From assembly GCA_902794035.1 (NCBI GenBank), contig CADBFN010000001.1, positions 21,599 to 85,598 on the forward strand: a stretch of 64,000 bases of DNA. The letters run 5' to 3'. Both the position numbers and the translations under genes were made by a program. Source of the DNA: an uncultured bacterium (lineage in GTDB: Bacteria > Cyanobacteriota > Vampirovibrionia > Gastranaerophilales > Gastranaerophilaceae). Positions within the stretch are counted from its first letter, which is position 1, and every line of letters starts with the position of its first letter. The notes below the pieces were generated by a model. That model was not told the DNA's origin and ran no database searches. It saw nothing but the letters and a program-made list of their open reading frames with translations. Below, piece by piece: positions 9,400-18,518 of the stretch.

Positions 9400-9966
9400 T
9401 TATGCTCTTTTATCAGCTCTGTGAGCATTAATTTTGTTTACAATAAAATCAACTGCATAACCTGCTGCTAATACTGCTGCAAAACCTGCAACAATACCTG
9501 CACCGTATTTTACAGAAGGCTTTTTAGCGAATTCAGCTACAGATTTCCCTGCTTTCTTTATATTTTCAACATTGATTTTCTTAGCATTTTCTTTTAAAAA
9601 TTCTACACCTTCTTTAATGAATTTTCCGGATTTTTTAATACCGGATTTTAGATATGCCGGAATATTTTTTACAAAAGTCTTAACCGCTTCCATAGAAGGA
9701 ATTTTATTTTTAATATTTTTTGCAGCTGTTTTTATTCCTTCAAAATTTGTTTTATCAATTTTAGGAATATCCATTTTTATTATTTTTGCTTTGTTATAAA
9801 GTTTTTTAGCACCTTTTATTGCATATTTGCCGCCTAAAAATGCGGTTCCGCCTGCAACTGTTGCATCTGCAGCGATTTTACCATAATTCGATTCTGTATA
9901 TTGATTACCTTTGTTTGTATATGCCTGCTGTGTAAGAGGCGTTACTGCTGAAATCATGTTCTTCAC
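9400..9966 (-). CDS. Lys-rich tail-anchored protein of unknown function
   Basis: 188 aa with a single C-terminal hydrophobic helix (GAGIVAGFAAVLAAGYAV). Confidence 0.5.
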   Translation of the reverse strand: MKNMISAVTPLTQQAYTNKGNQYTESNYGKIAADATVAGGTAFLGGKYAIKGAKKLYNKAKIIKMDIPKIDKTNFEGIKTAAKNIKNKIPSMEAVKTFVKNIPAYLKSGIKKSGKFIKEGVEFLKENAKKINVENIKKAGKSVAEFAKKPSVKYGAGIVAGFAAVLAAGYAVDFIVNKINAHRADKRA

Positions 9967-10031
9967 CTTTCTTTTTGTAGTATGAAAGCATGAAAAAGCG
10001 TAAAAAAATAATTTGCTAGCAGAATATTAAA

Positions 10032-10313
10032 TTATAAAGTTTTTTTAAGTAAATCAATTTTTTCCTTATCAGAAGTCACAAACAAAATTGTTTTTTCCTT
10101 AGAAGTTTCTCCACGCACAATTTTTATTGATGTTTTGGGTATTTTAAATGTTTTCGATAAAAATTCTGTCAAACATTTATTAGCCTTCCCATCTATTGGT
10201 TGAGCGGTAATTTTTATTTTAACTTCATTCTCATTTTTTATTATTTCATTATTTTTTGAATTCGGCGAAATTTTTATATTGACAATTAGGCCGTTTTCAG
10301 TTTCTTTAATCAT
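10032..10313 (-). CDS. DUF167 (YggU) family protein
   Basis: 93 aa with ...AQPIDGKANKCLTEFLSKTF...IVRGETSKEK, typical of YggU. Confidence 0.8.
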   Translation of the reverse strand: MIKETENGLIVNIKISPNSKNNEIIKNENEVKIKITAQPIDGKANKCLTEFLSKTFKIPKTSIKIVRGETSKEKTILFVTSDKEKIDLLKKTL

Positions 10314-10335
10314 ATTTCAGATTTCTTTCATAATA

Positions 10336-10365
10336 AAAGGACATATCATTAGATATGCCCTTTTT
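10336..10365 (-). terminator. Hairpin + T-run downstream of the 206-aa gene
   Basis: Minus strand AAAGGGCATATC-taat-GATATGTCCTTTTATT. Confidence 0.5.
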
Positions 10366-10372
10366 ATCGTAC

Positions 10373-10993
10373 TTATTTAAATTCTGCTCTTTTGAACTGC
10401 ATACTGTTAAGCCACAAATCAAATTCATAATTTTGTTTTTTAGAATCTTTTATTTCAGTAATATAGTTAGATTTCCATGTAGCTCTTATGTTATGTATAA
10501 AAAATAAGTGCGTATCTTTAAAGCTTTCACCCTTCTTATACAAAATAATCAGTGATATCGGTTTATTTTCTAATTTACTTTGATTTTCAAATACAAATTT
10601 TTGCAATTGAGGACAAGGTTTGTTATTTACAACAGGAGTTGCCATAATTATATATTCATACTTCGCAACATCGGTATTTATATGTTCAAGTATAATTTTA
10701 TCTAAATCACCATTTTCCTCTTTTAATCTTTCATTTAATTCTGCAGCATCTTTTGGATACGGAACTGTAGTACGGACTTCGTAAGCCTTTGTTTTTAACC
10801 TCGTTTTAGCCATGTTCACTAAAGCAGGGACTTCATCATTCATTGTGCAATAAAAAATACCAACCTTATAATTTGACAATCCTTGAATCCCGGGATTTAT
10901 TTTGTGATACATAAAAAATAAATAGAATATAAAAATAACCACAGGTATTAATATAACAATAGCAATAGTGCGTATAATATTTTTGTTGTTCAT
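10373..10993 (-). CDS. Membrane-anchored protein of unknown function
   Basis: 206 aa with an N-terminal TM helix. A flavodoxin-like fold is possible but unproven. Confidence 0.45.
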   Translation of the reverse strand: MNNKNIIRTIAIVILIPVVIFIFYLFFMYHKINPGIQGLSNYKVGIFYCTMNDEVPALVNMAKTRLKTKAYEVRTTVPYPKDAAELNERLKEENGDLDKIILEHINTDVAKYEYIIMATPVVNNKPCPQLQKFVFENQSKLENKPISLIILYKKGESFKDTHLFFIHNIRATWKSNYITEIKDSKKQNYEFDLWLNSMQFKRAEFK

Positions 10994-11003
10994 TTTTTCT
11001 CCT

Positions 11004-11633
11004 TTATCTTATAAAATTTGTATGAATTTTTTCTACTTTTTCCGGATTATACCCTTTTTCTTTACCTGCTTCTATACAGTGTAATAACCAAGCCATATTA
11101 TGTCCTAAAACTTTCATAATCTGAATACCTTCTTTATCCTGCATAACTTCTTCAGGGGAATTTAGCTTTCCATGAACCATATTCCAGTAATTTGAAGGAA
11201 CAACAGGCATATTATTAATCATAAAATGTTTATTTATGGCATCTAAAGATGCTGTAGTACCTGCACGTCTTGCAGATACAACAGCCGCGGCCGGCTTATA
11301 TGCCAGATTTGCACTTCCTGCATAAAACAATCTGTCCATAAACGATAATAAACGACCTGACGGATGTGCAAAATAAACAGGTGTACCAAAAATAAAACCA
11401 TCCGCAGATTTACATTTTTCAATGCAAACATTCACCAAATCATTTACAATACACTGACCGCCTCCGGCATTTCTGCAGTATTGACACCCTGTACAATCAG
11501 GAATCGGATTATTGCCTATATGTATAATTTCTGTATCTATATCATTTTCATTAAGAACATGTTCAATAACACTTAAAGCCGTATGAACACAACCATTATG
11601 ATTGCTGCTGCCATTAAACAATAAAACTTTCAT
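11004..11633 (-). CDS. Flavodoxin-fold FMN reductase / iron-sulfur flavoprotein
   Basis: 209 aa with MKVLLFNGSS opening and a CTGCQYC cysteine cluster. Confidence 0.75.
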   Translation of the reverse strand: MKVLLFNGSSNHNGCVHTALSVIEHVLNENDIDTEIIHIGNNPIPDCTGCQYCRNAGGGQCIVNDLVNVCIEKCKSADGFIFGTPVYFAHPSGRLLSFMDRLFYAGSANLAYKPAAAVVSARRAGTTASLDAINKHFMINNMPVVPSNYWNMVHGKLNSPEEVMQDKEGIQIMKVLGHNMAWLLHCIEAGKEKGYNPEKVEKIHTNFIR

Positions 11634-11742
11634 TATTATTTCCTCAGTTGAGTTTTACTAATTTATTTTACACTATTTTACGATTTAAGTAAATACAATT
11701 TTTTTATGTTAAAATTTAAAAAACAAAAGGGAATTATAATAA

Positions 11743-13026
11743 ATGGGCAGATTAGTTGGAATTTTAGGTATTTTATTAATTTTTGGTATTGCTTTTTTAA
11801 TGTCTAATAACAAAAAAGCAATAAATTATAAAACTATAACAGTTGGATTTATATTGCAAATCGTTTTTGCGATATTTATATTTAAAGTTCCGTTAGGACA
11901 AAAAATCTTTTTAGGATTGGGAAAATTTATAACTAAAATTTTAGATTTTGCAACATACGGCGGAGAATTTGTATTTGGTCCGTTAATGCAAAAAATAAAA
12001 CTTGCTCTTGTTTGGGGAAGTGATGCAAATATATTTGCCCTTCAGCTTGTAGCATCACTGATTTTTATGATGATTTTGGTAAATATTTTATACTATTACG
12101 GAATTATTCAAAGAATTATTCCGATACTTGGTAAGGGAATGAATAAACTGATGAATGTAAGCGGCGCAGAAGCTCTATCAAATGTTGCAAGTGCATTTGT
12201 CGGTCAAATATCAGCTCAAATTATGATCAGACCTTATCTTGAAAAACTTACACGTTCAGAACTCCTTGCTTCAATGGCAGGAAGTATGGCTTGTATATCC
12301 GGTGCTACAATGCCAATATATATTGCAATGGGGATCCCTGCTCATTATGCACTTGCATCATCGATAATGGCAGTTCCCGGAGCTTTTGTAATGTCTAAAA
12401 TTATTTATCCGGAAACAAAAATCCCTGAAACAAGTGAAAATTTTTCAATTCAGTATAATAAGCGCAAAAAACCTTATATAAACGTATTTGATGCAATTTC
12501 AAACGGAGCATCAGAAGGGATGAAAGTGGCATTGAATGTTGTCGCAATGATTTTGGCTCTTGTTGCACTTGTTGCAATGATAGACTGGTTTTTAGGAATT
12601 TTTGGCGGAATGTGCGTTAAGCTTTTCCATCTACACAAAGGAGTAATCGGATTTTATGCGTTGAGCAATTTATCATTGAAATATATTTTAGGAAAAATAT
12701 TTGCGATATTTGCGTTTTTAATTGGAGTCCCGTTTAAAGAAGCCACCGCTGTTGGCGGAGTTATGGGGACAAAACTTGTTTTGAATGAAATGGTTGCATA
12801 TTTTGATCTGGTTCATATTAAGGATTTATCTCCAAAAGCCTTTTTAATCGCAAGTTTTGCACTATGTAATTTTGCCAACTTTGGTTCAGTTGCTATTCAG
12901 TTGGGCGGTATCGGAGAACTAGCACCTAATCAGAGAAAAAATTTGGCAAGACTTGGTGTGAGAGCATTAATTTGTGGGACCTTAACAGGCTATATGTCAG
13001 CCGCAATTGTTGGAATTTTATTTTGA
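11743..13026 (+). CDS. nupC: NupC-family concentrative nucleoside transporter
   Basis: 427 aa polytopic protein with CNT-family N- and C-terminal blocks. Confidence 0.85.
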   Translation: MGRLVGILGILLIFGIAFLMSNNKKAINYKTITVGFILQIVFAIFIFKVPLGQKIFLGLGKFITKILDFATYGGEFVFGPLMQKIKLALVWGSDANIFALQLVASLIFMMILVNILYYYGIIQRIIPILGKGMNKLMNVSGAEALSNVASAFVGQISAQIMIRPYLEKLTRSELLASMAGSMACISGATMPIYIAMGIPAHYALASSIMAVPGAFVMSKIIYPETKIPETSENFSIQYNKRKKPYINVFDAISNGASEGMKVALNVVAMILALVALVAMIDWFLGIFGGMCVKLFHLHKGVIGFYALSNLSLKYILGKIFAIFAFLIGVPFKEATAVGGVMGTKLVLNEMVAYFDLVHIKDLSPKAFLIASFALCNFANFGSVAIQLGGIGELAPNQRKNLARLGVRALICGTLTGYMSAAIVGILF

Positions 13027-13030
13027 TTTT

Positions 13031-13058
13031 TGTGAACTGTGAATTGTGAGTAGTGAAT
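13031..13058 (+). repeat. 4 x tandem heptamer TGTGAAC TGTGAAT TGTGAGT AGTGAAT
   Basis: Read directly. Same nnGTGAr heptamer family as at 26.8 kb and 30.3 kb, but with no inverted partner arm here. Confidence 0.6.
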
Positions 13059-13133
13059 GGACCTTTACAAATTTTGAGATAGGTAAGGGCAGTTTTTATT
13101 AAAACTTATACTGTTTTGTGCTAAAATTTTTCT

Positions 13134-14042
13134 ATGAAAATTATAAAAAAAATTACTGATATACCAAATTTATCACTTGCATTAGGCTTTTTTGACGGTG
13201 TACATATTGCACATCAAAAACTTATAAAGAAGTCTGTTGATTTTGCGCAGAAAAATAAATCGCAATCAGCGGTAATAACACTAAAACAACAACCATACTG
13301 CTATTTGAATAACATCGAGCCAAAATTCATTTCTCAAAGGGCTGAGAGCTACAAAATTATTGAACATTTAGGTGTTAATTACCTGATTGAACTAAACTTT
13401 GATGATGTCATGCAATTGACAGCACTTGAATATTTACAAAATATTTTAATTAAAAATTTTAAACCGATTGGAATTTTTACGGGATTTAATCATCATTTCG
13501 GGCATAACAGAGAAGGGAATTGCAAATTTTTGGAAAAGTATCAATCTGAATTTAACTATCATTTTGAAGCATTGCCATCTCAAACATTGAACGGAGATTT
13601 AATTAGCAGTTCTGCAATAAGAAAATTCCTCGAACAAGGACAAATTGAAGATGCAAATTCAATGCTTGGCAGAGAGTTTTGTGTTAAAGGTACAGTTGTT
13701 GAGGGGAATAAAATTGGCAGAACAATAAATTTCCCGACTGCAAACATTATTTATCCAAAAGATATTATTGAAATCCCCAATGGTGTATATAAAGCTGAAG
13801 TTGAATTAGCTGATGGCAGAAAAATAAAAAGTATTGCCAATTTTGGCAAAAAACCGACTGTTAATAATACAGACAAAAAAACATTAGAAACTCATATCCT
13901 GAATAATTTTAATGAAAACATATATGGGCAAAATATAAAAGTATATTTCTCAAAATTTATCCGTGCAGAAAAGAAATTTAATAATATAGAAGAATTAAAA
14001 GAACAAATTAAAAATGATATTTCTGACATAAATTGCCGATAA
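13134..14042 (+). CDS. ribF: Bifunctional riboflavin kinase / FMN adenylyltransferase
   Basis: 302 aa with GFFDGVHIAH and GRTINFPTANI motifs. Confidence 0.95.
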   Translation: MKIIKKITDIPNLSLALGFFDGVHIAHQKLIKKSVDFAQKNKSQSAVITLKQQPYCYLNNIEPKFISQRAESYKIIEHLGVNYLIELNFDDVMQLTALEYLQNILIKNFKPIGIFTGFNHHFGHNREGNCKFLEKYQSEFNYHFEALPSQTLNGDLISSSAIRKFLEQGQIEDANSMLGREFCVKGTVVEGNKIGRTINFPTANIIYPKDIIEIPNGVYKAEVELADGRKIKSIANFGKKPTVNNTDKKTLETHILNNFNENIYGQNIKVYFSKFIRAEKKFNNIEELKEQIKNDISDINCR

Positions 14043-14063
14043 AATTTTATTTTAAGTTTTATC

Positions 14064-14085
14064 TCCTCCAAATGGAGGATTTTTG
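14064..14085 (+). terminator. ribF terminator
   Basis: TCCTCC-aaat-GGAGGA followed by TTTTT. Confidence 0.6.
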
Positions 14086-14146
14086 AAAAAATATTAAAGT
14101 TTTAATCATTTATATCCGTTATAACCAACAGAAGGTTCACGACTAT

Positions 14147-14166
14147 GTCGGATTAATTAATCCGAC
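14147..14166. promoter_or_regulatory. Perfect 20-nt palindrome GTCGGATTAATTAATCCGAC
   Basis: Lies 18 nt upstream of the HD-GYP gene ATG. Candidate operator or 5'-UTR hairpin. Confidence 0.35.
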
Positions 14167-14184
14167 CTGCAATAAGGAAAAATT

Positions 14185-15423
14185 ATGAGTAAAGAAGAGA
14201 AAAAGCAATCAGGAGTTTCAATATTCGGTCAGTCAGATTATTTGGTAGGAGCTGACCCGATAGAAGAAATGTTCGCATTGAATTTGGGAGATTTTCTCAC
14301 CGAAAGTTTGATATCTGAAGATTTGGCAAAAAAAATAAGTGTTAAATCAAATAAAAAAGAACGACTTGTTAATCAATTGAAAGAACTCATAGATTTGTAT
14401 TCTTCAAAGAATACACTATGCGTACTTGATTTTGACAATAAAGAAGAAATTGCTATTTATACTTCTATTGCCAAATCAATTGTGCAAATGCTTGAAGTCG
14501 AAGCCTGCAAAATTTTCTTTGAAAAAGAAGGTCAATACATTTTAACAGGAAATTCCGGCAAAGATAATTCCGAATTTAAATTTAGTCAGGAAGAACTTGT
14601 ACATAACGAAATTATAGAAAATAATGAATATATCGGAATTCCGATCAGAAATTCAATTACTCCTATAGGAGCAATTGAAATCAAGACATCTCAAAAACTT
14701 GAAGAAGACTTTTTAGATGTTGTTCTTAGTATTGCAAATTTATTAGGTACAACAATTACTCTGCAAAGAGTAATAGATCAGACTCATAAAGAAATTGATA
14801 ACGAGGATTCTTCAGAATTTGAATTAAAAAAATTGAGAGGAGATTTAACCGCATTAATTGGTGATTTGTGCGATTATCAGCAAAATTTTGTTGAAAGTCT
14901 TGCTACTGCGGTTGATCGCAAAGGGCAATATACCGTTGCACATTCCCGTAACAGTGCAAAACTTGCAAGAGGAATTTGTTCAAAATTAGGATTAAACGAA
15001 AAAACGACTGATTTAATATACTATGCTGCACTTTTACAAAATATAGGTAAAATAACTTTACCTGAAAAACTGTTTGCAACAAATGGCAAATTATCTTCAG
15101 AAGAATTAAATAAAATTAAAAATCATACAAATATTGGCGTAAATTTACTGATGAACATAAATTTCTTATCAGAAGTTGTACCATATATAACTTATCAGAC
15201 AGAACGTGTTGATGGTTCAGGTTCCCCTGAAGGCCTGAAAGGTCAATCCATTCCGTTAGGTTCAAGAATTATAGCCGTATCAGATGCATATTGTGCAATG
15301 ACTTCTGACAGACCATACAGAAAAGCTATGGAAAGTGAAAAAGCATTGTCTGTCATGAAAGAAGAAGTCGGCAAAAAATGGGACGCTGACGTAATTAATG
15401 CTCTGTCACAAGTCGTTAAATAA
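14185..15423 (+). CDS. GAF-like sensor / HD-GYP domain phosphodiesterase
   Basis: 412 aa. The C-terminal half has HSRNSAKLA...HTNIGV...GSGSPEGLKG...DAYCAMTSDRPYRKA (HD-GYP signature). Confidence 0.85.
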   Translation: MSKEEKKQSGVSIFGQSDYLVGADPIEEMFALNLGDFLTESLISEDLAKKISVKSNKKERLVNQLKELIDLYSSKNTLCVLDFDNKEEIAIYTSIAKSIVQMLEVEACKIFFEKEGQYILTGNSGKDNSEFKFSQEELVHNEIIENNEYIGIPIRNSITPIGAIEIKTSQKLEEDFLDVVLSIANLLGTTITLQRVIDQTHKEIDNEDSSEFELKKLRGDLTALIGDLCDYQQNFVESLATAVDRKGQYTVAHSRNSAKLARGICSKLGLNEKTTDLIYYAALLQNIGKITLPEKLFATNGKLSSEELNKIKNHTNIGVNLLMNINFLSEVVPYITYQTERVDGSGSPEGLKGQSIPLGSRIIAVSDAYCAMTSDRPYRKAMESEKALSVMKEEVGKKWDADVINALSQVVK

Positions 15424-15481
15424 TTCACAAAAACATATTTTTGAAATAAACCCTTAATATTATCTGTGCTAAAATATTTTT

Positions 15482-16129
15482 ATGAATAAAAAAGCAAACA
15501 TTCAAAAATTAAAACAGTATGGGTTTAAAAAAGATAAAGATATTTTTAAATATTCTACCGACATAATGAACGGTGATTTTACGCTGAATATTCAAGTTAT
15601 TAATGAAAATGAAATTCAGACAAAACTTATTGAAAAAGCATTTGACGAACCATATACCCTGCACCTTGTTGAAGATGTGCAGGGAACTTTTGTGGGGCAG
15701 ATCAGAGAAGAATATGACAAAATTTTGAAAGATATTAAAGAAAAATGCTTTGAAATGCAAGTATTTGAATGGGATTATTCATATAAAGTTCTTGATTATG
15801 CAAAAAATAAATACAATTCTGAAGCCGAATATCTCTGGGAGAAATTCCCGCGGAATGCCGTATGCAGACGCAACGATAATCAAAAATGGTTTTTTGCAAT
15901 ATTATCTGTTAAAGGTTCAAAAATCGGATTAAATACAGACGAAATAGTTGAATTGATTGACCTCAGAGCGACGGCAGAAGAAGTAGAAAAACTAACTGCG
16001 ACTCAAAATTATTACCCCGCATACCATATGAACAAAAGACACTGGTTTACTATCGTTTTAGATGGCTCTGTCAAAATCGAAAAAATATATGAATATATTG
16101 ATAAAAGCTATGATTTGGCAAAAAAATAA
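15482..16129 (+). CDS. MmcQ/YjbR-family domain protein with N-terminal extension
   Basis: 215 aa. The C-terminal ~110 aa resemble YjbR (KWFFAIL...YHMNKRHWFTIVLDG). Confidence 0.65.
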   Translation: MNKKANIQKLKQYGFKKDKDIFKYSTDIMNGDFTLNIQVINENEIQTKLIEKAFDEPYTLHLVEDVQGTFVGQIREEYDKILKDIKEKCFEMQVFEWDYSYKVLDYAKNKYNSEAEYLWEKFPRNAVCRRNDNQKWFFAILSVKGSKIGLNTDEIVELIDLRATAEEVEKLTATQNYYPAYHMNKRHWFTIVLDGSVKIEKIYEYIDKSYDLAKK

Positions 16130-16166
16130 TCTTGATTTATTACAAAAAAAATTGTAGAATTCCAAT

Positions 16167-16898
16167 ATGAGTATTCGTGTTGATAAAGTGGATAAAATAT
16201 ATCCCACAGGTAATTTGGATTTATATAAAGTCAGAGAAGTCATAGCTTCAAGCCAAATTTCTACAGATCAAAAACTTAAATTTTTGAGAAATAATCATTC
16301 AGAAATTTCACTTCTTGTTGAACACAAAATATCCGGTTCAGAGTTCAAATCAATTATGGATAACCGTCCCTTAAAACTTTTTAAGCCAATAAGAAATTCT
16401 TATACAAAAGCAGGGGATAAAAAACTTCTTGCCATAGCTCTCGGGATTAAACCAAATGAAGTTGATAACTACATAAAAAATGTAAATCTCCAAATACGCT
16501 CTATGCAAGATTTAAACACGATGGGGCTTTCAAAAGATAAATATGAAGAAGTTAAAACCTATGTCTTTCGCCATGGAACAAAAGAACAGGTCATAAATTT
16601 CCTGGATTACGAACTCTCACATGCAAAAAATGTTTTAAAAGTTTTATACCACACATTAGAATATAATTCTGGCGGAGTTGCCGATTATTTTATCAGACCC
16701 ATACACAGACTTGATAATGGTACTATGCTCGGGATTTATAATGTCGTTGATAAAAATTTAAAAGCCGCTCGAGCTTCAGGGAAAATTAGCGATGTTCAGG
16801 CACAAGAAACAGCAGAATGGGCACTTGCGCGGATTTATAAAATTCAGAATAATCAACGTTTGAAAAATGCAGTAAAATTATATAAAAAACTGAATTAA
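16167..16898 (+). CDS. Hypothetical protein
   Basis: 243-aa ORF with no recognisable family. Confidence 0.45.
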   Translation: MSIRVDKVDKIYPTGNLDLYKVREVIASSQISTDQKLKFLRNNHSEISLLVEHKISGSEFKSIMDNRPLKLFKPIRNSYTKAGDKKLLAIALGIKPNEVDNYIKNVNLQIRSMQDLNTMGLSKDKYEEVKTYVFRHGTKEQVINFLDYELSHAKNVLKVLYHTLEYNSGGVADYFIRPIHRLDNGTMLGIYNVVDKNLKAARASGKISDVQAQETAEWALARIYKIQNNQRLKNAVKLYKKLN

Positions 16899-16920
16899 AG
16901 AGAAAAATGCCGTATAAGTA

Positions 16921-17103
16921 TTATTTTTTATACCAAACTTCAAAATTCTTAATTCTTTCTTTTAATTTTTTGTAATCTTTTGATAGCTCTTTTATCAAGT
17001 CGTATGCTCCGTCTTTAATCGGTGGAATATAGCCCTCGTCATAATTCCCGTCATAAGTATTCAATACTCCATCTAAATCAAATAAGATTGTTCTCTTAAT
17101 CAT
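16921..17103 (-). pseudogene. HAD-superfamily remnant (N-terminal ~60 aa only)
   Basis: Contains HAD motif I LFDLDGVL but stops after 60 aa. Full-length relatives are roughly three times longer. Confidence 0.4.
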
Positions 17104-17169
17104 GATAATAGCACCTTCTATTGAGATTTATCAATGAAATATTTTTAATTATAAATAATAATTGAGAAA

Positions 17170-17385
17170 ATGCAATATAAAGAACTCGGGAAATTTATTA
17201 AAAATAAAAGATTACTGGCAGGTATAACACTAAATAAATTTGCTATTGAAAATGAGATTGAACCTGCTATATTGAGTCGCATTGAAAATTCAAAACAAGA
17301 CATAAAAGTTGGTATTTTAGTAAAAATCGCAAATGGGTTTAACACAACACCTTCAAAACTTTTATCTGAATTTGAAAAGAAATAA
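17170..17385 (+). CDS. XRE-family helix-turn-helix transcriptional regulator
   Basis: 71 aa with the typical Cro/C1 HTH (LGKFIKNKRLLAGITLNKFAIENEIEPAILSRIENSKQ). Confidence 0.8.
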   Translation: MQYKELGKFIKNKRLLAGITLNKFAIENEIEPAILSRIENSKQDIKVGILVKIANGFNTTPSKLLSEFEKK

Positions 17386-17390
17386 AAATA

Positions 17391-17465
17391 TTACCCCTCT
17401 CCTGAAAGATTTAGAAAAGGGAGCAGATATTTGAGCAAAGCGAATTACATCTGCGGGTGAGGTTT
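17391..17465 (-). repeat. GC-rich palindromic element, intergenic copy
   Basis: Its rc shares ordered blocks CCTCACCCGCA, CTGCTCCCT and GGxGAGGG with the element inside pgeF (31755-31836). Confidence 0.5.
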
Positions 17466-17527
17466 GATAAAATCTGTTATTATAACCTCTCCAACAATCT
17501 GTAATACAACAAGTTGCCAAAACAGAT

Positions 17528-17565
17528 AATCCTCTCCTGTAAGCATGAGAGGATTATTTGTTTTA
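17528..17565. terminator. Bidirectional terminator between the XRE gene and the 94-aa gene
   Basis: AATCCTCTC-ctgtaagcat-GAGAGGATT with T-runs on both strands. Confidence 0.6.
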
Positions 17566-17601
17566 ACTAACTGAATATATAAATCCCGTAAATTAATAGG
17601 A

Positions 17602-17886
17602 TTAAATTCTGTTTTTCCAAACACCGCCTTTTCTATCTACAAGTGCATCATAACAAGACCAAATTCTGAATATACCTGTTAAACCCAAAACGGCATGTGT
17701 AACATTTTTATCATAACCATTATCATTCACTGCCTGACCAATACCCGGCCAAATAATAAGTGATAGGGCTGCTGCGCCGACAGAACGACCGCTTACACGA
17801 CCATTTGTACCATGAGTGCCGGCAAATGCTGGTACAGATGACGATAATATCAATAATGCAATAAATGAAATCAATAACTTTTTCAT
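17602..17886 (-). CDS. Small secreted/membrane protein of unknown function
   Basis: Start trimmed to the ATG at 17884-17886 behind AGGAGG. Signal peptide MKKLLISFIALLILSSSVPAFA. Confidence 0.55.
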   Translation of the reverse strand: MKKLLISFIALLILSSSVPAFAGTHGTNGRVSGRSVGAAALSLIIWPGIGQAVNDNGYDKNVTHAVLGLTGIFRIWSCYDALVDRKGGVWKNRI

Positions 17887-17976
17887 ATTTCCTCCTATAA
17901 AATTCCCTGACAATTATAATCTAATTTCCAAAAAATAGCAAATAAGCTAAAACAACATTTGTCATTCTGTCTTATT

Positions 17977-18120
17977 TACCCTGGATGCGATTGTCTTGGG
18001 TCGTTCGCAGTAAACGGCATTCCGCATTTTGCTTTTAATGGCTTTCAGCCATGAGCAAAATTTGCTCCAGCCTCTGCTCACTTCCCGCTCGAACGCAATT
18101 GGCTGTTCTCTCATGCTCAC
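17977..18120 (-). pseudogene. tRNA-Arg-derived pseudo-unit 1 with 96-nt T-loop insert
   Basis: Minus strand: GTGAGCATGAGAGAACAGCCAAT-TGCGTTCGA-[96 nt GC-rich]-AATCGCATCCAGGGTA. The 39 nt at 17954-17992 are identical to 18323-18361. Confidence 0.55.
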
Positions 18121-18128
18121 AATATAAA

Positions 18129-18158
18129 TAAAAAGGACGAGATTTACCCGTCCTTTTT
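18129..18158 (-). terminator. Hairpin + T-run after pseudo-unit 2
   Basis: Minus strand AAAAAGGACG-ggtaaatct-CGTCCTTTTTATTT. Confidence 0.45.
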
Positions 18159-18161
18159 ATT

Positions 18162-18301
18162 TACCCTGGATGCGATTTATCACTTCGCTCGCCTTCGATG
18201 TGACTACGCGTCTTGCTTTTTATGGCAGGTGTGCCAAAAGCAAGACCGCTACGCACTTGGCTCGCTCGTTCCGAACGCAAAACGGCGTTCTCATCGCTAT
18301 C
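18162..18301 (-). pseudogene. tRNA-Arg-derived pseudo-unit 2 with 94-nt T-loop insert
   Basis: Minus strand: GATAGCGATGAGAACGCCGTTT-TGCGTTCGG-[94 nt GC-rich, 11-bp stem GTCTTGCTTTT/AAAAGCAAGAC]-AATCGCATCCAGGGTA. Confidence 0.55.
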
Positions 18302-18308
18302 TTATTAC

Positions 18309-18345
18309 AAATAAGACAGAATAACATTTGTCATTCTGTCTTATT

Positions 18346-18346
<1 letters not shown>
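18309..18346 (-). terminator. Hairpin directly after tRNA-Arg
   Basis: AAATAAGACAGAAT-10 nt-ATTCTGTCTTATTT (14-bp perfect arms). Confidence 0.55.
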
Positions 18347-18419
<73 letters not shown>

Positions 18420-18439
18420 TCAAACTCTTTGCATAAACT

Positions 18440-18467
18440 ATATTATCACGAAAAGATTTTCACGCAA
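18440..18467 (-). promoter_or_regulatory. Candidate tRNA promoter TTGCGT-16 nt-TAATAT
   Basis: Read on the minus strand ~20 nt upstream of the tRNA 5' end. Confidence 0.35.
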
Positions 18468-18518
18468 GTAGTTATTTATCTTTTAAATAACCACGCCTTA
18501 TTGCGTGGCTATTTGCAT

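Noticed and set aside
16190-16200. DnaA-box-like 9-mer (rc TTATCCACT)
   Set aside because: It is a single copy inside a CDS, with no cluster and no AT-rich unwinding element context.
18240-18300. Hammerhead-ribozyme-like string GCGATGAG-AACGC..GCGTT-CGGAAC in pseudo-unit 2
   Set aside because: The core deviates at invariant positions (GCGA instead of CUGA, GGAAC instead of GAAAC). Pseudo-unit 1 does not share it. It is most likely coincidence.
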